Assembly (NCBI GenBank): GCA_012862495.1
Contig: BLSG01000161.1
Span: 62,234 to 95,491, forward strand
Source: Thraustochytrium aureum
Lineage: Eukaryota
Reading direction: 5' to 3'
Length of the DNA stretch: 33,258 nt
The notes under the pieces were generated by a model. That model did no database searches. It was not told the origin of the DNA and was given only the letters and a program-made list of their open reading frames with translations. Positions 9,804-19,381 of this stretch are shown piece by piece (positions within the stretch are counted from its first letter, which is position 1; each line of letters starts with the position of its first letter). The position numbers and the translations under genes are program-made.

Positions 9804-10002
9804 TCCTGCGCGATGCGAGGCTGCTCTGCCTGCTTGCTCTGCCGCCCGTCGTCGTTGGTTGGGCTTCTGGAGAGACCGGGAGGAGGGCACGGCAGAGAAG
9901 AGAGCGAGCGCGGCTCAGCCCAACAGAAAAAGATCCGCAACTGCGCCGGTAAAAAAACCACCAGCCGTCGCCGCCGCCCCGCACGCCCGCGACCAAGCCC
10001 TG

Positions 10003-10040
10003 GCACGCACGCACGCACGCACGCACGCTCGCTCGCACGC
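10003..10040. repeat. (GCAC)n/(GCTC)n tetranucleotide microsatellite
   Basis: gcacgcacgcacgcacgcacgcacgctcgctcgcacgc. Confidence 0.85.
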
Positions 10041-10410
10041 AGTCTGTGCTGCCGAGCTGCGAAGAAGCTGTTCTGCTGCCGCGGCTGCCTCCTTGCTGCT
10101 GGCCTCGTGGAGGCAAGGAAGGCAAGCAGCGCGGCCGCCTGGGCCACACACTCGCGCCCGCCTCGGGGGAAAGAAAGCGCGCAGGAGCGGCAAGCAGCGT
10201 GCCGGCTGGCTGGCGAGGAGGCTGGCTGGCTGGCTGGTGGGGTAGATACGGACTCTGCGCGAATCATCGGCGGGGACGCCGCGCGCCTTTTTCCCTTTTC
10301 CCTTTTTTTCCTGTTCTCACTGGCCAAAATCGTACTTTGTTCGTTTTGTTCGTGGGCGGGGCGTGGCCTGCCGCTCGGTTTGTTCGTCAGGTGACTGATT
10401 CCTCGAGGAG

Positions 10411-10611
10411 GAAGCTCTTTTTGTTCTTAATAGGGAATAGCTGGTGCTCGGTTTGTTCGGTGCTTGCTTGGATGAAGCTCTTTTTGTTCTTGGTCTGGAA
10501 TAGGTGATGTTCGGTTTGTTCGGTGCTTGCTTGGAGGAGGTTCGTTTTGTTCTTGGTACGGAATAGGTGATGTTCGGTTTGTTCGGTGGTTGTTTGAGCA
10601 AGTTCTTTTTG
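10411..10611. repeat. 63-bp T-rich tandem repeat (>=3 copies) running into a gap
   Basis: TCGGTTTGTTCGGTG occurs at 10448, 10511 and 10574 (exact 63-bp spacing). Copies share TTTTGTTCTT and GGAATAG. A partial core lies at 10375. Confidence 0.9.
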
Positions 10612-11165
10612 NNNNNNNNNNNNNNNNNNNNNNNNNNNNNNNNNNNNNNNNNNNNNNNNNNNNNNNNNNNNNNNNNNNNNNNNNNNNNNNNNNNNNNNNN
10701 NNNNNNNNNNNNNNNNNNNNNNNNNNNNNNNNNNNNNNNNNNNNNNNNNNNNNNNNNNNNNNNNNNNNNNNNNNNNNNNNNNNNNNNNNNNNNNNNNNNN
10801 NNNNNNNNNNNNNNNNNNNNNNNNNNNNNNNNNNNNNNNNNNNNNNNNNNNNNNNNNNNNNNNNNNNNNNNNNNNNNNNNNNNNNNNNNNNNNNNNNNNN
10901 NNNNNNNNNNNNNNNNNNNNNNNNNNNNNNNNNNNNNNNNNNNNNNNNNNNNNNNNNNNNNNNNNNNNNNNNNNNNNNNNNNNNNNNNNNNNNNNNNNNN
11001 NNNNNNNNNNNNNNNNNNNNNNNNNNNNNNNNNNNNNNNNNNNNCGTCGGCCGTCGCGCGCGTCTGGCGGGCTCGGCTCGCGCTCGGCGTGCGGTCGAGT
11101 TGCTTTGAAGTGGCGCTGCGTTGTTGGTCTGCGCTGTGGAGCCCGGTGCGAGGCCGTGCTCGGGG

Positions 11166-13442
11166 ATGGACGCCGGCGGCAGCGGGCAAGCCATGTTCCA
11201 GGAGGTGCAGTACTGGGAGCTGTCGAAGAATCCGCATGTGTTTAATGCGTGCAACTTTGAGTACTGCGGGCTGCAGCGGCTCGTGCTGGCGAGCCGCAAC
11301 CAGCTGCTCTCGCTCGGAGCTGAGTGGGGCAAGTTCAGCTTGCAGGAGCTCCCGCTGCTCGGCGTTCCCGAGGACGCGGAGATTCTCTCGCTTGGGGGAT
11401 TCGTGACGCAGGTGTCTGGCAGCCCTTACGAGTATTTTCGCGACAAGGAAGCCGAGGACAAGCCCATCATCGTCGTCGCGTTCATGCGCGGCCAGGACGG
11501 CGACAACATCGACGGAGACCCGGCCGTGGCTCTCGGAGGCTCCACGTCGCCGCCAGCGACGCCGTCCTCCATGATGTCCTCGCCCTCGTTTTCGTTCTCC
11601 TCGTCGACGAATGCGCTTGGCAAACCGGGGCCCCACGCGTTTTCCCTCGAGACAGGCACAGGGTTTGACGCGGAGGTGTCCTTCGGCGGACCGCCCAGCG
11701 CCGGGACGGCCGGCTCTGGCTTTCGCCGCGAGAACTCGGCAGGGTCTAGCAGCCCTAGTGAAGTGGCTGCGGAGCGCCAGGCGAGCCAGCGATACCATCT
11801 GCATATCTACAGCGGGCTGAGGCCGCCGCAGCAGCAGGACGGCGCGGACGACGTTGCCGATCTCGCGCACGTGACGCAGACGCAGCCGCAGGTGGCAGAC
11901 CTCGACTACATCCCGCTTCGCCTCGCACACACCATTCTGCCAGTGCCGTTCAAAGAGGCGACCAACCACTACTTGGTGGCAAGCGGCGACGACTCCAAGC
12001 TCCACTACTTTCGTCAGCGCAAGCACCCCTTCGCCGCACCGGTGCAGTCCGCGGGGTTCCCCGAGTTTGATGAAACCGCGTTCGCCTCCTTCGGGCACAC
12101 AAGCGCGGCGTCGCCTGGTGCAGATTCCAAACCACGCGCAACGCACGCCCGCAAGGGAGTGCGCGAAAGCGGCTCAAGCAAGGCTCTCCGGAGACTGTCG
12201 CGGTTGTCGACCCAGGACGCCTCCTCCACTGGCCAGGAGAGCGCTGCCGAGGCAGGGTCGCTCTCCGCTTCGACCTCCTCGTCCGCGCGGAGCGTGGAAG
12301 GTGACGAAGAAACCCACGATAGCGAGGTAGCGAACTCGCTCTCTGCCAGCAGCGCCGGCAGTGGAGACTCTGGCGGTTCAAGCGACGAGGCAGAAGGGGA
12401 AGACGGCGAAGATGACGACGACAACGACAACGACGACGAAGAAGAAGAAGAGGTCGATGACGACGACGACGACGACGACGACGACGTCGAAGAGGAGGAC
12501 GAGGACGAGGACGAGGAGGATGACCCCGGCGCCGCACACGCGCACCACTCGCGGCTGATGGCTCTCGTCAACGAAAACAGACGTACGCGCGCGGCTTCCT
12601 CGCTCTCGTCGCTGAGCGCTTCGCAGAGCAGCGCCAATGAAGGCGGGGCAAACAACCTCGGCAGCGACGCCGGCCGTCGCCGCGCACTTGATTCGTCCTC
12701 CGGGTCCCAGCTCTTCGAACCGATCGCCGCGCAGCGCGTGCCGCTTGGTGGCTTCGGAGACCTCTCGAGCCCGATTCTCAGTTTCCAGGCGCAAAACCTG
12801 GAAGCCAGTCAAAGCACGCAAATTTTCGCTGGAGGGTGCGAGGACGGCACGCTGAGGGTCGTCACCAAGCATCTGGACCGCCACGGCATTAATGACACCG
12901 CATTGACGGCGCGATTCAACGGCCCGCTGCCGTGCCTCCAGTTTGTAGAGTCCAGTCGCGGCGTCGACTGTCTTGACATCGTCGTAGGCGGCAGTCTCGG
13001 CTTTGCCGCTGTGCTAGAGTTTGACTCAGCGAACGGCGGGGTGGCTTTGGGCCGGCCCGCGCTCCTCCCCGGGTCCACGGAGCACGACTCGGTCCTCTGC
13101 TGCAAGGTGGCAGACGTCAACTGGGACGGCCGAGAGGAAATCCTCATCGGAACGTACGGCCAGCGCCTCATTGCTTACGGGAGCGTCGAAGAGGGCGCCG
13201 CGCTGCAGGAGGGAAAGCCAGGGCAATGCGCCGCCTCGCCCTTTGCCAAGACTTGGGAGCGCCAGTTCGCTTTCCCGGTGTTCTCTGTAGAGTCAGGGGA
13301 CTTTAACCAGGACGGCGCGGAAGAGCTCGTGATAAACACGCTCAAGGGTGTGCATATCCTGCAGCCAGACCTCAGCAAGGCTGCCGATGCTGTTGAGCTC
13401 ACCGTGGCGCGTTTAGAGCAGCTGCGCTCTCTACTGGCGTAG
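11166..13442 (+). CDS. KPTN: Kaptin (KICSTOR subunit) homologue with large low-complexity and acidic insertions
   Basis: Blocks collinear with KPTN as recalled: GVPEDAEILSL, YHLHIYS, LDYIPLRLAHT, ASGDDSKLHYF, FPEF, LSSPILSF, GCEDGTLRV, NGP, LLPGSTEHDSVLC..DVNWDGREEILIGTYGQRLIAY, WERQFAFPV..GDFNQDGAEELVINTLKGVHILQ. Start is ATG 11166 or 11193. Confidence 0.88.
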   Translation: MDAGGSGQAMFQEVQYWELSKNPHVFNACNFEYCGLQRLVLASRNQLLSLGAEWGKFSLQELPLLGVPEDAEILSLGGFVTQVSGSPYEYFRDKEAEDKPIIVVAFMRGQDGDNIDGDPAVALGGSTSPPATPSSMMSSPSFSFSSSTNALGKPGPHAFSLETGTGFDAEVSFGGPPSAGTAGSGFRRENSAGSSSPSEVAAERQASQRYHLHIYSGLRPPQQQDGADDVADLAHVTQTQPQVADLDYIPLRLAHTILPVPFKEATNHYLVASGDDSKLHYFRQRKHPFAAPVQSAGFPEFDETAFASFGHTSAASPGADSKPRATHARKGVRESGSSKALRRLSRLSTQDASSTGQESAAEAGSLSASTSSSARSVEGDEETHDSEVANSLSASSAGSGDSGGSSDEAEGEDGEDDDDNDNDDEEEEEVDDDDDDDDDDVEEEDEDEDEEDDPGAAHAHHSRLMALVNENRRTRAASSLSSLSASQSSANEGGANNLGSDAGRRRALDSSSGSQLFEPIAAQRVPLGGFGDLSSPILSFQAQNLEASQSTQIFAGGCEDGTLRVVTKHLDRHGINDTALTARFNGPLPCLQFVESSRGVDCLDIVVGGSLGFAAVLEFDSANGGVALGRPALLPGSTEHDSVLCCKVADVNWDGREEILIGTYGQRLIAYGSVEEGAALQEGKPGQCAASPFAKTWERQFAFPVFSVESGDFNQDGAEELVINTLKGVHILQPDLSKAADAVELTVARLEQLRSLLA
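12385..12522 (+). repeat. (GAC/GAA/GAG)n coding microsatellite encoding a poly-Asp/Glu tract inside KPTN
   Basis: EAEGEDGEDDDDNDNDDEEEEEVDDDDDDDDDDVEEEDEDEDEEDD. Confidence 0.9.
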
Positions 13443-13734
13443 GCGGCCCTTGCTTGCGGCAGGTGGCAAAGCGGCTGGCCGCGGTCGGGCTGCCCTCCCG
13501 GACTCGCCCTTGTACATTTCTTCACAGTTTTTTATTTTTTTGTAAAGCTTGAGCTCCCTCGGCCTCGCGTCGCCGATCGCGGCGTTGCAAGCTTGCGTTG
13601 CGGGGCTTCGTGCGCTCCGGCAGCATTTCTATCGTACCGTGTCTCGACCGCTCTGACAACGACGCGAGGTCTGCCCACAAAGACTTGCTCGTCGTTGCTT
13701 TGTTACTTCTACATTACAAAGACGAATCTTGCGT

Positions 13735-14235
13735 CTACTGCATGGCTGGCGGGCGCACGATGTTGACGCGGTCCCCGGAACAAACCAGGCCAAGACCGCC
13801 CAAATCCTCAGAGCCCTCAGCTGCATCCGAGTAAAAGAAGGCACCACCGCTGCCGCAACTGCGCGGACCCACGTAGACCAAGTCAACGCAGTGCGTTCGC
13901 TCGAGGCCCTCTGTGAGTTGCTGCGCAATGCTGCTGCACCGCGTCTCCACCGCGCTCGTCGCCCCACCGCCGCGAGCGACCGCGGGGCAGAGGCGAAGCC
14001 GGTCGCCCTTCTTCAGGGCATCGAGGTCAACGTTATCGAGCACGATCTGTTCGTTGGCCTGCCCGACCTCCCAGCCGTCGTCCTTGCCGAGGCTCGACGT
14101 GGCCAGTATCTCCTTGTCGCGCGAGGCGCGCAAGCCAAACTTGCTGTCCCCAACAACGCCGCCTGGCGCCACGACCCCGCAGCACTCGGCCTCGCGGTTC
14201 ACTACAAGGCACCGAATCTTGCCTTCCTGCGCCAT
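13735..14235 (-). CDS. Small MOSC-like beta-barrel protein (putative)
   Basis: 166 aa from ATG 14235. Segments GGVVGD..RDKEIL, GQANEQIVLDNVDLDALKKGDRLRL, VETRC and GLVCSGDRVNIV follow the MOSC pattern G..GD / GEN...D...L..GDRL.IG / C / G.V..GD.V. Confidence 0.55.
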   Translation of the reverse strand: MAQEGKIRCLVVNREAECCGVVAPGGVVGDSKFGLRASRDKEILATSSLGKDDGWEVGQANEQIVLDNVDLDALKKGDRLRLCPAVARGGGATSAVETRCSSIAQQLTEGLERTHCVDLVYVGPRSCGSGGAFFYSDAAEGSEDLGGLGLVCSGDRVNIVRPPAMQ

Positions 14236-14494
14236 CGCGGCCTCGCGGCCCGTCAAGGAGCTCTGCGAGCAGCGCCGCAAGTCGATGCGGCTCTGGCGCG
14301 AAGGACGCCGCGATGACTGGCCAGTGGCAGCTGGAGTCGTAGAGACAACTCTGCATCGAACCGTGTGAAAATGTGCACGAGCTGTTCAAGAGTGCGCCGC
14401 GTTCTCTGCGTGGAACATACGTATGCCGCGACGGGTACAGTGACAAACGCAACGTTTTCTTCTTCTCAATCAACAGATTGAAAGTTGAATCAAG

Positions 14495-16138
14495 ATGGTA
14501 CCGGTATACGAGAATGTGCACGGCGCGGAGCTCCATCGAGTGGCTGACGTCAACGAACGTTGGAGCAGCCCGATGCTGCAGCGCCCAAAGCTGAAGACGA
14601 CAAGGCACAGGCCAGGCAGGTCGCGAACGGCGGGATTCGGGCACGCAAGGTCGCGCGAGGACGGGAAGGCGCGATGGACAGGAGGGCGGCGCTTCGCTAT
14701 GCAAGGCTCAAGGAGAAGGTCGAGCTTGACCTGCGCGACGCGCTGAGCCCCAGCGACATCGAACGCGTTCACAATGCAGAGGCGGCGAGTGGACGGCCGA
14801 TCTTGGGCCCGTGCATCGACCAAGTCATCAGCGACGGCGCAGTCACGGGGCGCTTTGACCTCGAGGGCGCGGTCGCGCAGATCCGCCGCGACGTCGAAGC
14901 GATGGCCAGCTCTCCCCTGAGCCGCCCTGCTCCACCGAAAAGCGATTATATTTTCGCAAGCCGTGCAGGGCAGGGCGTGGTCGTCCAGGGCGGCCAGTGC
15001 TCGCTGTGCCACGCGCAGCTGAGCCTCTGCAGGTGCTCTGGGCCGGCGCGCTTCTCGGAACGGATGCTCGAAGACGAATACGCGCTCATCGCTGGAATGA
15101 ATGCACACGACGCCAGCAAGGACGCTGCTGCACAGAAGATTGCCTCCCGGCACGAGGCGCTGGCATACCGGCAACAGCTCGACCAGATGAGCGCCGAAAA
15201 GCGCCGCGCTGCCCAGCAAGCCGAGTACGAGCGACAGCGCGAGGCCCAGGTCGTGGCGCAGCGCACGCGCGAGTGGGAAGACGAGAGGCGCAGACGCGCC
15301 GAAGCGGATCGCCTCAGCAAGCGCAGCTGCTACGACGAGCTGGACAACTTTTGTGCCCTGCAGCGTTCGCTCGCAGAAGAAGAGCAGCACCGCGAGCACG
15401 AACAGATGGAAAAGATCCTCCTNNNNNNNNNNNNNNNNNNNNNNNNNNNNNNNNNNNNNNNNNNNNNNNNNNNNNNNNNNNNACGAGGTCGCGCGCCGCC
15501 GCGAGATGGAGCGCGAACGCGAGCGCCGCGCTATCCAAGCAAGGCAAGACAGCATCCTTGCCAGCGTCGGGAAAGAGATTGGCCGCGTTGAAGAGGAGCG
15601 GCGCCAGGCCTTGGACGCGGCCTTTGCACGCTGGGAGGCAGAGGAGGAGGCCCGAGCCGCGCAGCGAGAAGCACAAGATGAATATACGCGGAAGAAGGCG
15701 GTCCGCGATTTGGTCGACGGCCGCGCGCAGCAGGTCCACGAGCGGAAGCGCGAGCAGCACATTTCAGAGCAAGAGGAGCGATTGTTCGCGGAGCAAATTC
15801 AACGCCAAGTTCAGGAGAGTGTTCAAGCGGAAGAACGCCGTCGTCTGCAGGCTCTGCAAGAAAGGCAGGCGTACGGCTCATGCTTGTCCGCGCAAGTTGC
15901 GGAGGAGCGCCGCACGCGACGAGACCGTCTCCTCATTGGGATGAACGACGTCGAGCGACGCATGAACAGGGACCTCCTTTGCCACGTTGATAGATTTGTG
16001 TGCCAGTGTCACGACGGCCTGGTTCGCGGGCCTGGCTATTGCACGTGCGGTAGATTTCCGATCTTGAGCCCGACAGCCCCATCTGGGGCGCCACGTGGCA
16101 CGTCGTTCAAACAACCGCAACGGGCCCTGCGCGTCTGA
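14495..16138 (+). CDS. Trichohyalin-like E/R/Q-rich coiled-coil protein (possibly ciliary, TPH-like); predicted intron 14498-14568; spans a gap
   Basis: ATG|GTACCG...GCTGAC...GAGCAG|CCC gives MPDAAAPKAEDDK in frame with ORF 14560. Charged helical repeats continue after the gap in ORF 15353 (AYGSCLSAQVAEE..GMNDVERRMNRDLL). Confidence 0.65.
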
Positions 16139-16546
16139 GACCAGAGGTCGCCGGTGGAGACGGGTGGAGCAAGAGGTCTGGGGGAGTCTCTCACTCTATA
16201 GTGAGAGCTCTAGAGAGAGAGCTCAAGCCAGCGAGAGAAGAGTCGAGGAGGTTGGCAACCGCGCGTGGAGCTGTCTTGCGTTAGGGAAGTGCTGGAGGCT
16301 ATCATGAGGTCATTGGGCGCATGACTGGGGGTGAAGTCATCGGTCCAGAGGTCATCCTTATCAGTCCACTCTGCTATGTTGTAACCAACGCGCGTGCAGA
16401 TTGAGGGGATTGGGTCTGCCACGGTGCAGCAAGGGCACGCAGAGCCACCGTGAACCACGCTGAAGCGCTTTTAATTAAAAAAAAGGCAAGGAAAGAAAGT
16501 CACAGTTTTTTTGTTGGCATTCCAAGTCTCGCAAGCTGGACGCGAA

Positions 16547-18625
16547 TCACAGCGGCACATGAAGGACAACGCTCGCCTTGTCGTCGAGAAAAAGGTGCTC
16601 TGTCAGAAGCGCAAGGAACGACGGATCGATTTCCTCGCCTTCAAAGGCAGACGCATCGTCCAGCGCGAAAAGCTCGACCAAATGGGCTATGCGGAACTTT
16701 GCCTCGGCAGAGACGTTCTTGCGCGAGCTTAGAAGCTGCAGCTCGAGTTGCGCGTCGCCGCCGGAGCCGATGCGCTCTGCTGCAACGACTTGCATTGGTC
16801 CCTGCGTGGACTGGAAGCGAGAGAGGCGGGCGTCCGTTGCAGTTTCCTTCTTGCGCTCTTCCAGAAGCGCCAGGCGGCGCGCCAGGCAAAGCACATAGTC
16901 GTAGCCGTTTCGCGCAAGGGCAAGGCAATTTACCTCAGCCGGGGCGTCGAGGAAAATGTTGACCGACGCAAGCGCGTCGACGAGGATCGGCGACACCGAC
17001 TCTCCAAGGTACGTTGTGATGCAGTCCAGGAACGAGTTGCTGCTCATCACCGGCACGGCGCGGTCCGGAAAGTGCGCTTCCAGCGCGTGCCACAGCCCAG
17101 TATTAAACTCATCGCGGTCCTTGCCCTGCACGATTCGGAGCGCCGCCGCTTCTGCACGCTCTGCCAAGACGGCATTACGGACCAGACCGGCAGGGCGGAT
17201 GGTGTCAAAGGTGACTGCGGCACACGCCGCAGCGAATTCACGGCCAGAGACGACCTCCTCTGCTTCCGAAATGCTGGGACAGCTCGCCAGCATCGCGAGC
17301 GCGATCTCCTTGGAAAGGACTAGGCCGCGCCTGTCGCGCATGAGGCTGTGGTACACTTGCGCCCTCGTTACTCGAAGGTCGCTCTCGGTTGGCCCTGACT
17401 TTGACTCGCTTTCTCCGCTCTTCGACTCGTTGATTTCGCCCTCTTTCGACTCGCCCGCAACGCGTCTTGGCCCTAGTGCCGCACTTTTCCCGCCAAGGAG
17501 CTGCCAAATGTGTGCTTCCACCTCGTGGAGAGCGGAAAACTCGAGAAAGGCCTCTCGTGCGAAAGCAAGCCGCACGCGCTTGAGCTGGTGTGGAAGCTCA
17601 CGAGTGTCGACAGCGATCTCGCTGACGCTTCCGTTTGCCGAGGTTTGCAGCGCCATCACAGCATTCGCCTCTGCCTCGAAGATGCCCTCGCCGTCGTTGG
17701 CGAGGCTCTCCCGCAGCGACTGCCGGGGCATGTTTTTGTGGCAGTTGATGTGCGTCACCACACGCTGCACAATCCTGCGAATTGTGCGGCCGAGGCATGG
17801 ACTATGCGTGTCGATGAGGGCCGGCTCCAACTCCGAGCGCGAGGCCTGGCGAGACGGGTGTGTAAGTCGCGCCTGTAGCTTTGCGACCACTGCAGGCAGC
17901 AGCGCCCGCAAATCCACGGTGAGCGCCTCGCTCTCCCGGACGAGCGAGTAGAGAATGATCAGATCGTCCTCGTCGAGGTCGAGGAGCTCGCCGACGCTCC
18001 GCAGCGACTCGAGAACTTGCAAGTAGCCGGAGGCGCTGCTGTCTGCAGCGCACGCGCCAAAGACGTCCTCAACGACTTCGCGAATGTGGATGTGAGTGTT
18101 GCGAATGACGTCCTCAGGGTCAATCACGTGTTGCGGCACGTTGCCGTTGAAGACGATCTCGTCCGCAAGGAACTCGTCGTCGCTTTCGTCGCTGTAGAGC
18201 ACGGTTTCCTTGTCCTTTGCGATCTGCTTTTCCTCCGCAATTTCTGTCGCGTAGTCGATCTGCATTCGCGTCGATCCAAACGCGTCCCGCGCAATGTCCC
18301 TGTGCAGCTCTCGCACTGCGAGCTTGTCGTTAATGACGCGCTGAACGAGGGCGTCGTTGAATGCGTCGCTGGGGCGCCACGTTCGCTGCTCTTCGAGCTG
18401 AAATTCGATCGCCGCGCTCTCGTCCGCCACGCGAAAGTGAACATTTACCACGGCGCGGGGGATCGGGGCGAACTTGCTCGGCTTGCTCAGCTTGCCGCTT
18501 AGAATCCATCTCCCTCGCTCCCGCGCCGCCTTGGTCAGGCAGAGCTCGAAGTGCGTCTTCCACGTCGTTTCCACGAGCTTTGCCACAGCCGATTTGGCCT
18601 CGCTCGCCGACATTTCGTGGCTCAT
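16547..18625 (-). CDS. 692-aa protein with an N-terminal AKAP14/AKAP28-like domain and degenerate EF-hand-like repeats
   Basis: Long uninterrupted ORF. SKPSKFAPIPRAVVNVHFRV..IEFQLEEQRTWRP..FNDALVQRVINDK resembles the AKAP28 motif as recalled. Later segments (EDVFGACAADSSASGYL, DLDEDDLIILYSLV..TVDLRALLP, VVSGREFAAAC) have EF-hand-like spacing without full Ca2+ ligands. Confidence 0.6.
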   Translation of the reverse strand: MSHEMSASEAKSAVAKLVETTWKTHFELCLTKAARERGRWILSGKLSKPSKFAPIPRAVVNVHFRVADESAAIEFQLEEQRTWRPSDAFNDALVQRVINDKLAVRELHRDIARDAFGSTRMQIDYATEIAEEKQIAKDKETVLYSDESDDEFLADEIVFNGNVPQHVIDPEDVIRNTHIHIREVVEDVFGACAADSSASGYLQVLESLRSVGELLDLDEDDLIILYSLVRESEALTVDLRALLPAVVAKLQARLTHPSRQASRSELEPALIDTHSPCLGRTIRRIVQRVVTHINCHKNMPRQSLRESLANDGEGIFEAEANAVMALQTSANGSVSEIAVDTRELPHQLKRVRLAFAREAFLEFSALHEVEAHIWQLLGGKSAALGPRRVAGESKEGEINESKSGESESKSGPTESDLRVTRAQVYHSLMRDRRGLVLSKEIALAMLASCPSISEAEEVVSGREFAAACAAVTFDTIRPAGLVRNAVLAERAEAAALRIVQGKDRDEFNTGLWHALEAHFPDRAVPVMSSNSFLDCITTYLGESVSPILVDALASVNIFLDAPAEVNCLALARNGYDYVLCLARRLALLEERKKETATDARLSRFQSTQGPMQVVAAERIGSGGDAQLELQLLSSRKNVSAEAKFRIAHLVELFALDDASAFEGEEIDPSFLALLTEHLFLDDKASVVLHVPL

Positions 18626-18710
18626 CTGGCCTGGCGAGTCCGACTCAAGTCCACCAGAGCGAAACGCCCTGGCCGTTTTGGTGCGCCTTCTGGCCTGCGG
18701 CCGCTGTCTC

Positions 18711-18864
18711 GGTCAACGGCGGTCCGCCTCGAGCTCTGCGGCTGCTCCCGTGGCTGAAGAGGCGTGGACCTTGAGCAGGCGAGCAGGGGTCAAAGGCGGT
18801 CCGCCTCGAGCTCTGCGGCTGCTCCCGTGGCTGAAGAGGCGTGGACCTTGAGCAGGCGAGCAGG
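18711..18864. repeat. 77-bp direct tandem duplication (2 copies, 1 mismatch)
   Basis: Copies start at 18711 (ggtcaacggcggtccgcc...) and 18788 (ggtcaaaggcggtccgcc...). Both end gagcaggcgagcagg. Confidence 0.95.
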
Positions 18865-19381
18865 GTCTGCTGCCGCTGCTGGAGCTCCGAGTCGCGCACA
18901 AGGCGCGCGCGAGTGGCTGAATTGCCTCAACGGATTCATGTGTCCGCCCGAGACACTGGGCGGACATCGCTTCAATCTTTCAATGAAAACGAGGACAAGA
19001 CTCACGAGTGCTCCCAAGGCAGGCAGGCCCTCGTGGGGCCTCGGCGGATGGAGCACGCCAGAAGACATTGGTTGGTCGATCTGCGGGTTGAGGCATCAAC
19101 AGTCCACCACCGCCGCCGTGGCTTGCCGCGATGTCCCCATCGGTCCCGCGTTCGCTTTGGCAACAGGCAGTTCAAAGCAGCCTACGCTGCCTCTTCGGGC
19201 TGCCCGGCGCGCGCTCGCGGTGAGCGTTGGCAGGGCTTCGATGCGGCGTCGACATGTGGACTGCGTTGTATTTCTCAGCGGCTACAGTTGATTGGAACAT
19301 GGACGTGAAAGGAAAAAGCTGTGGCCCTTCGTAGATCCACCAGCCGCCTTTGCGTTCCCGCGCCTTGTGCCACGGCGGGCG

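Noticed and set aside
9723..9890. Poly-Ala N-terminal extension of the V-PPase from GTG 9890
   Set aside because: Non-ATG start through a GCN microsatellite. More likely 5' UTR.
14371..14494. Extra upstream coding exon via a GTATGC...CAACAG intron (14421-14476)
   Set aside because: Splicing it from ATG 14371 does not give the downstream frame. It may be a UTR intron, but this is unsupported.
18764..19308. ORFs of 155-175 aa between the AKAP14-like gene and SLC13
   Set aside because: They start inside the 77-bp repeat with non-ATG codons, and show no motifs or coding-like composition.
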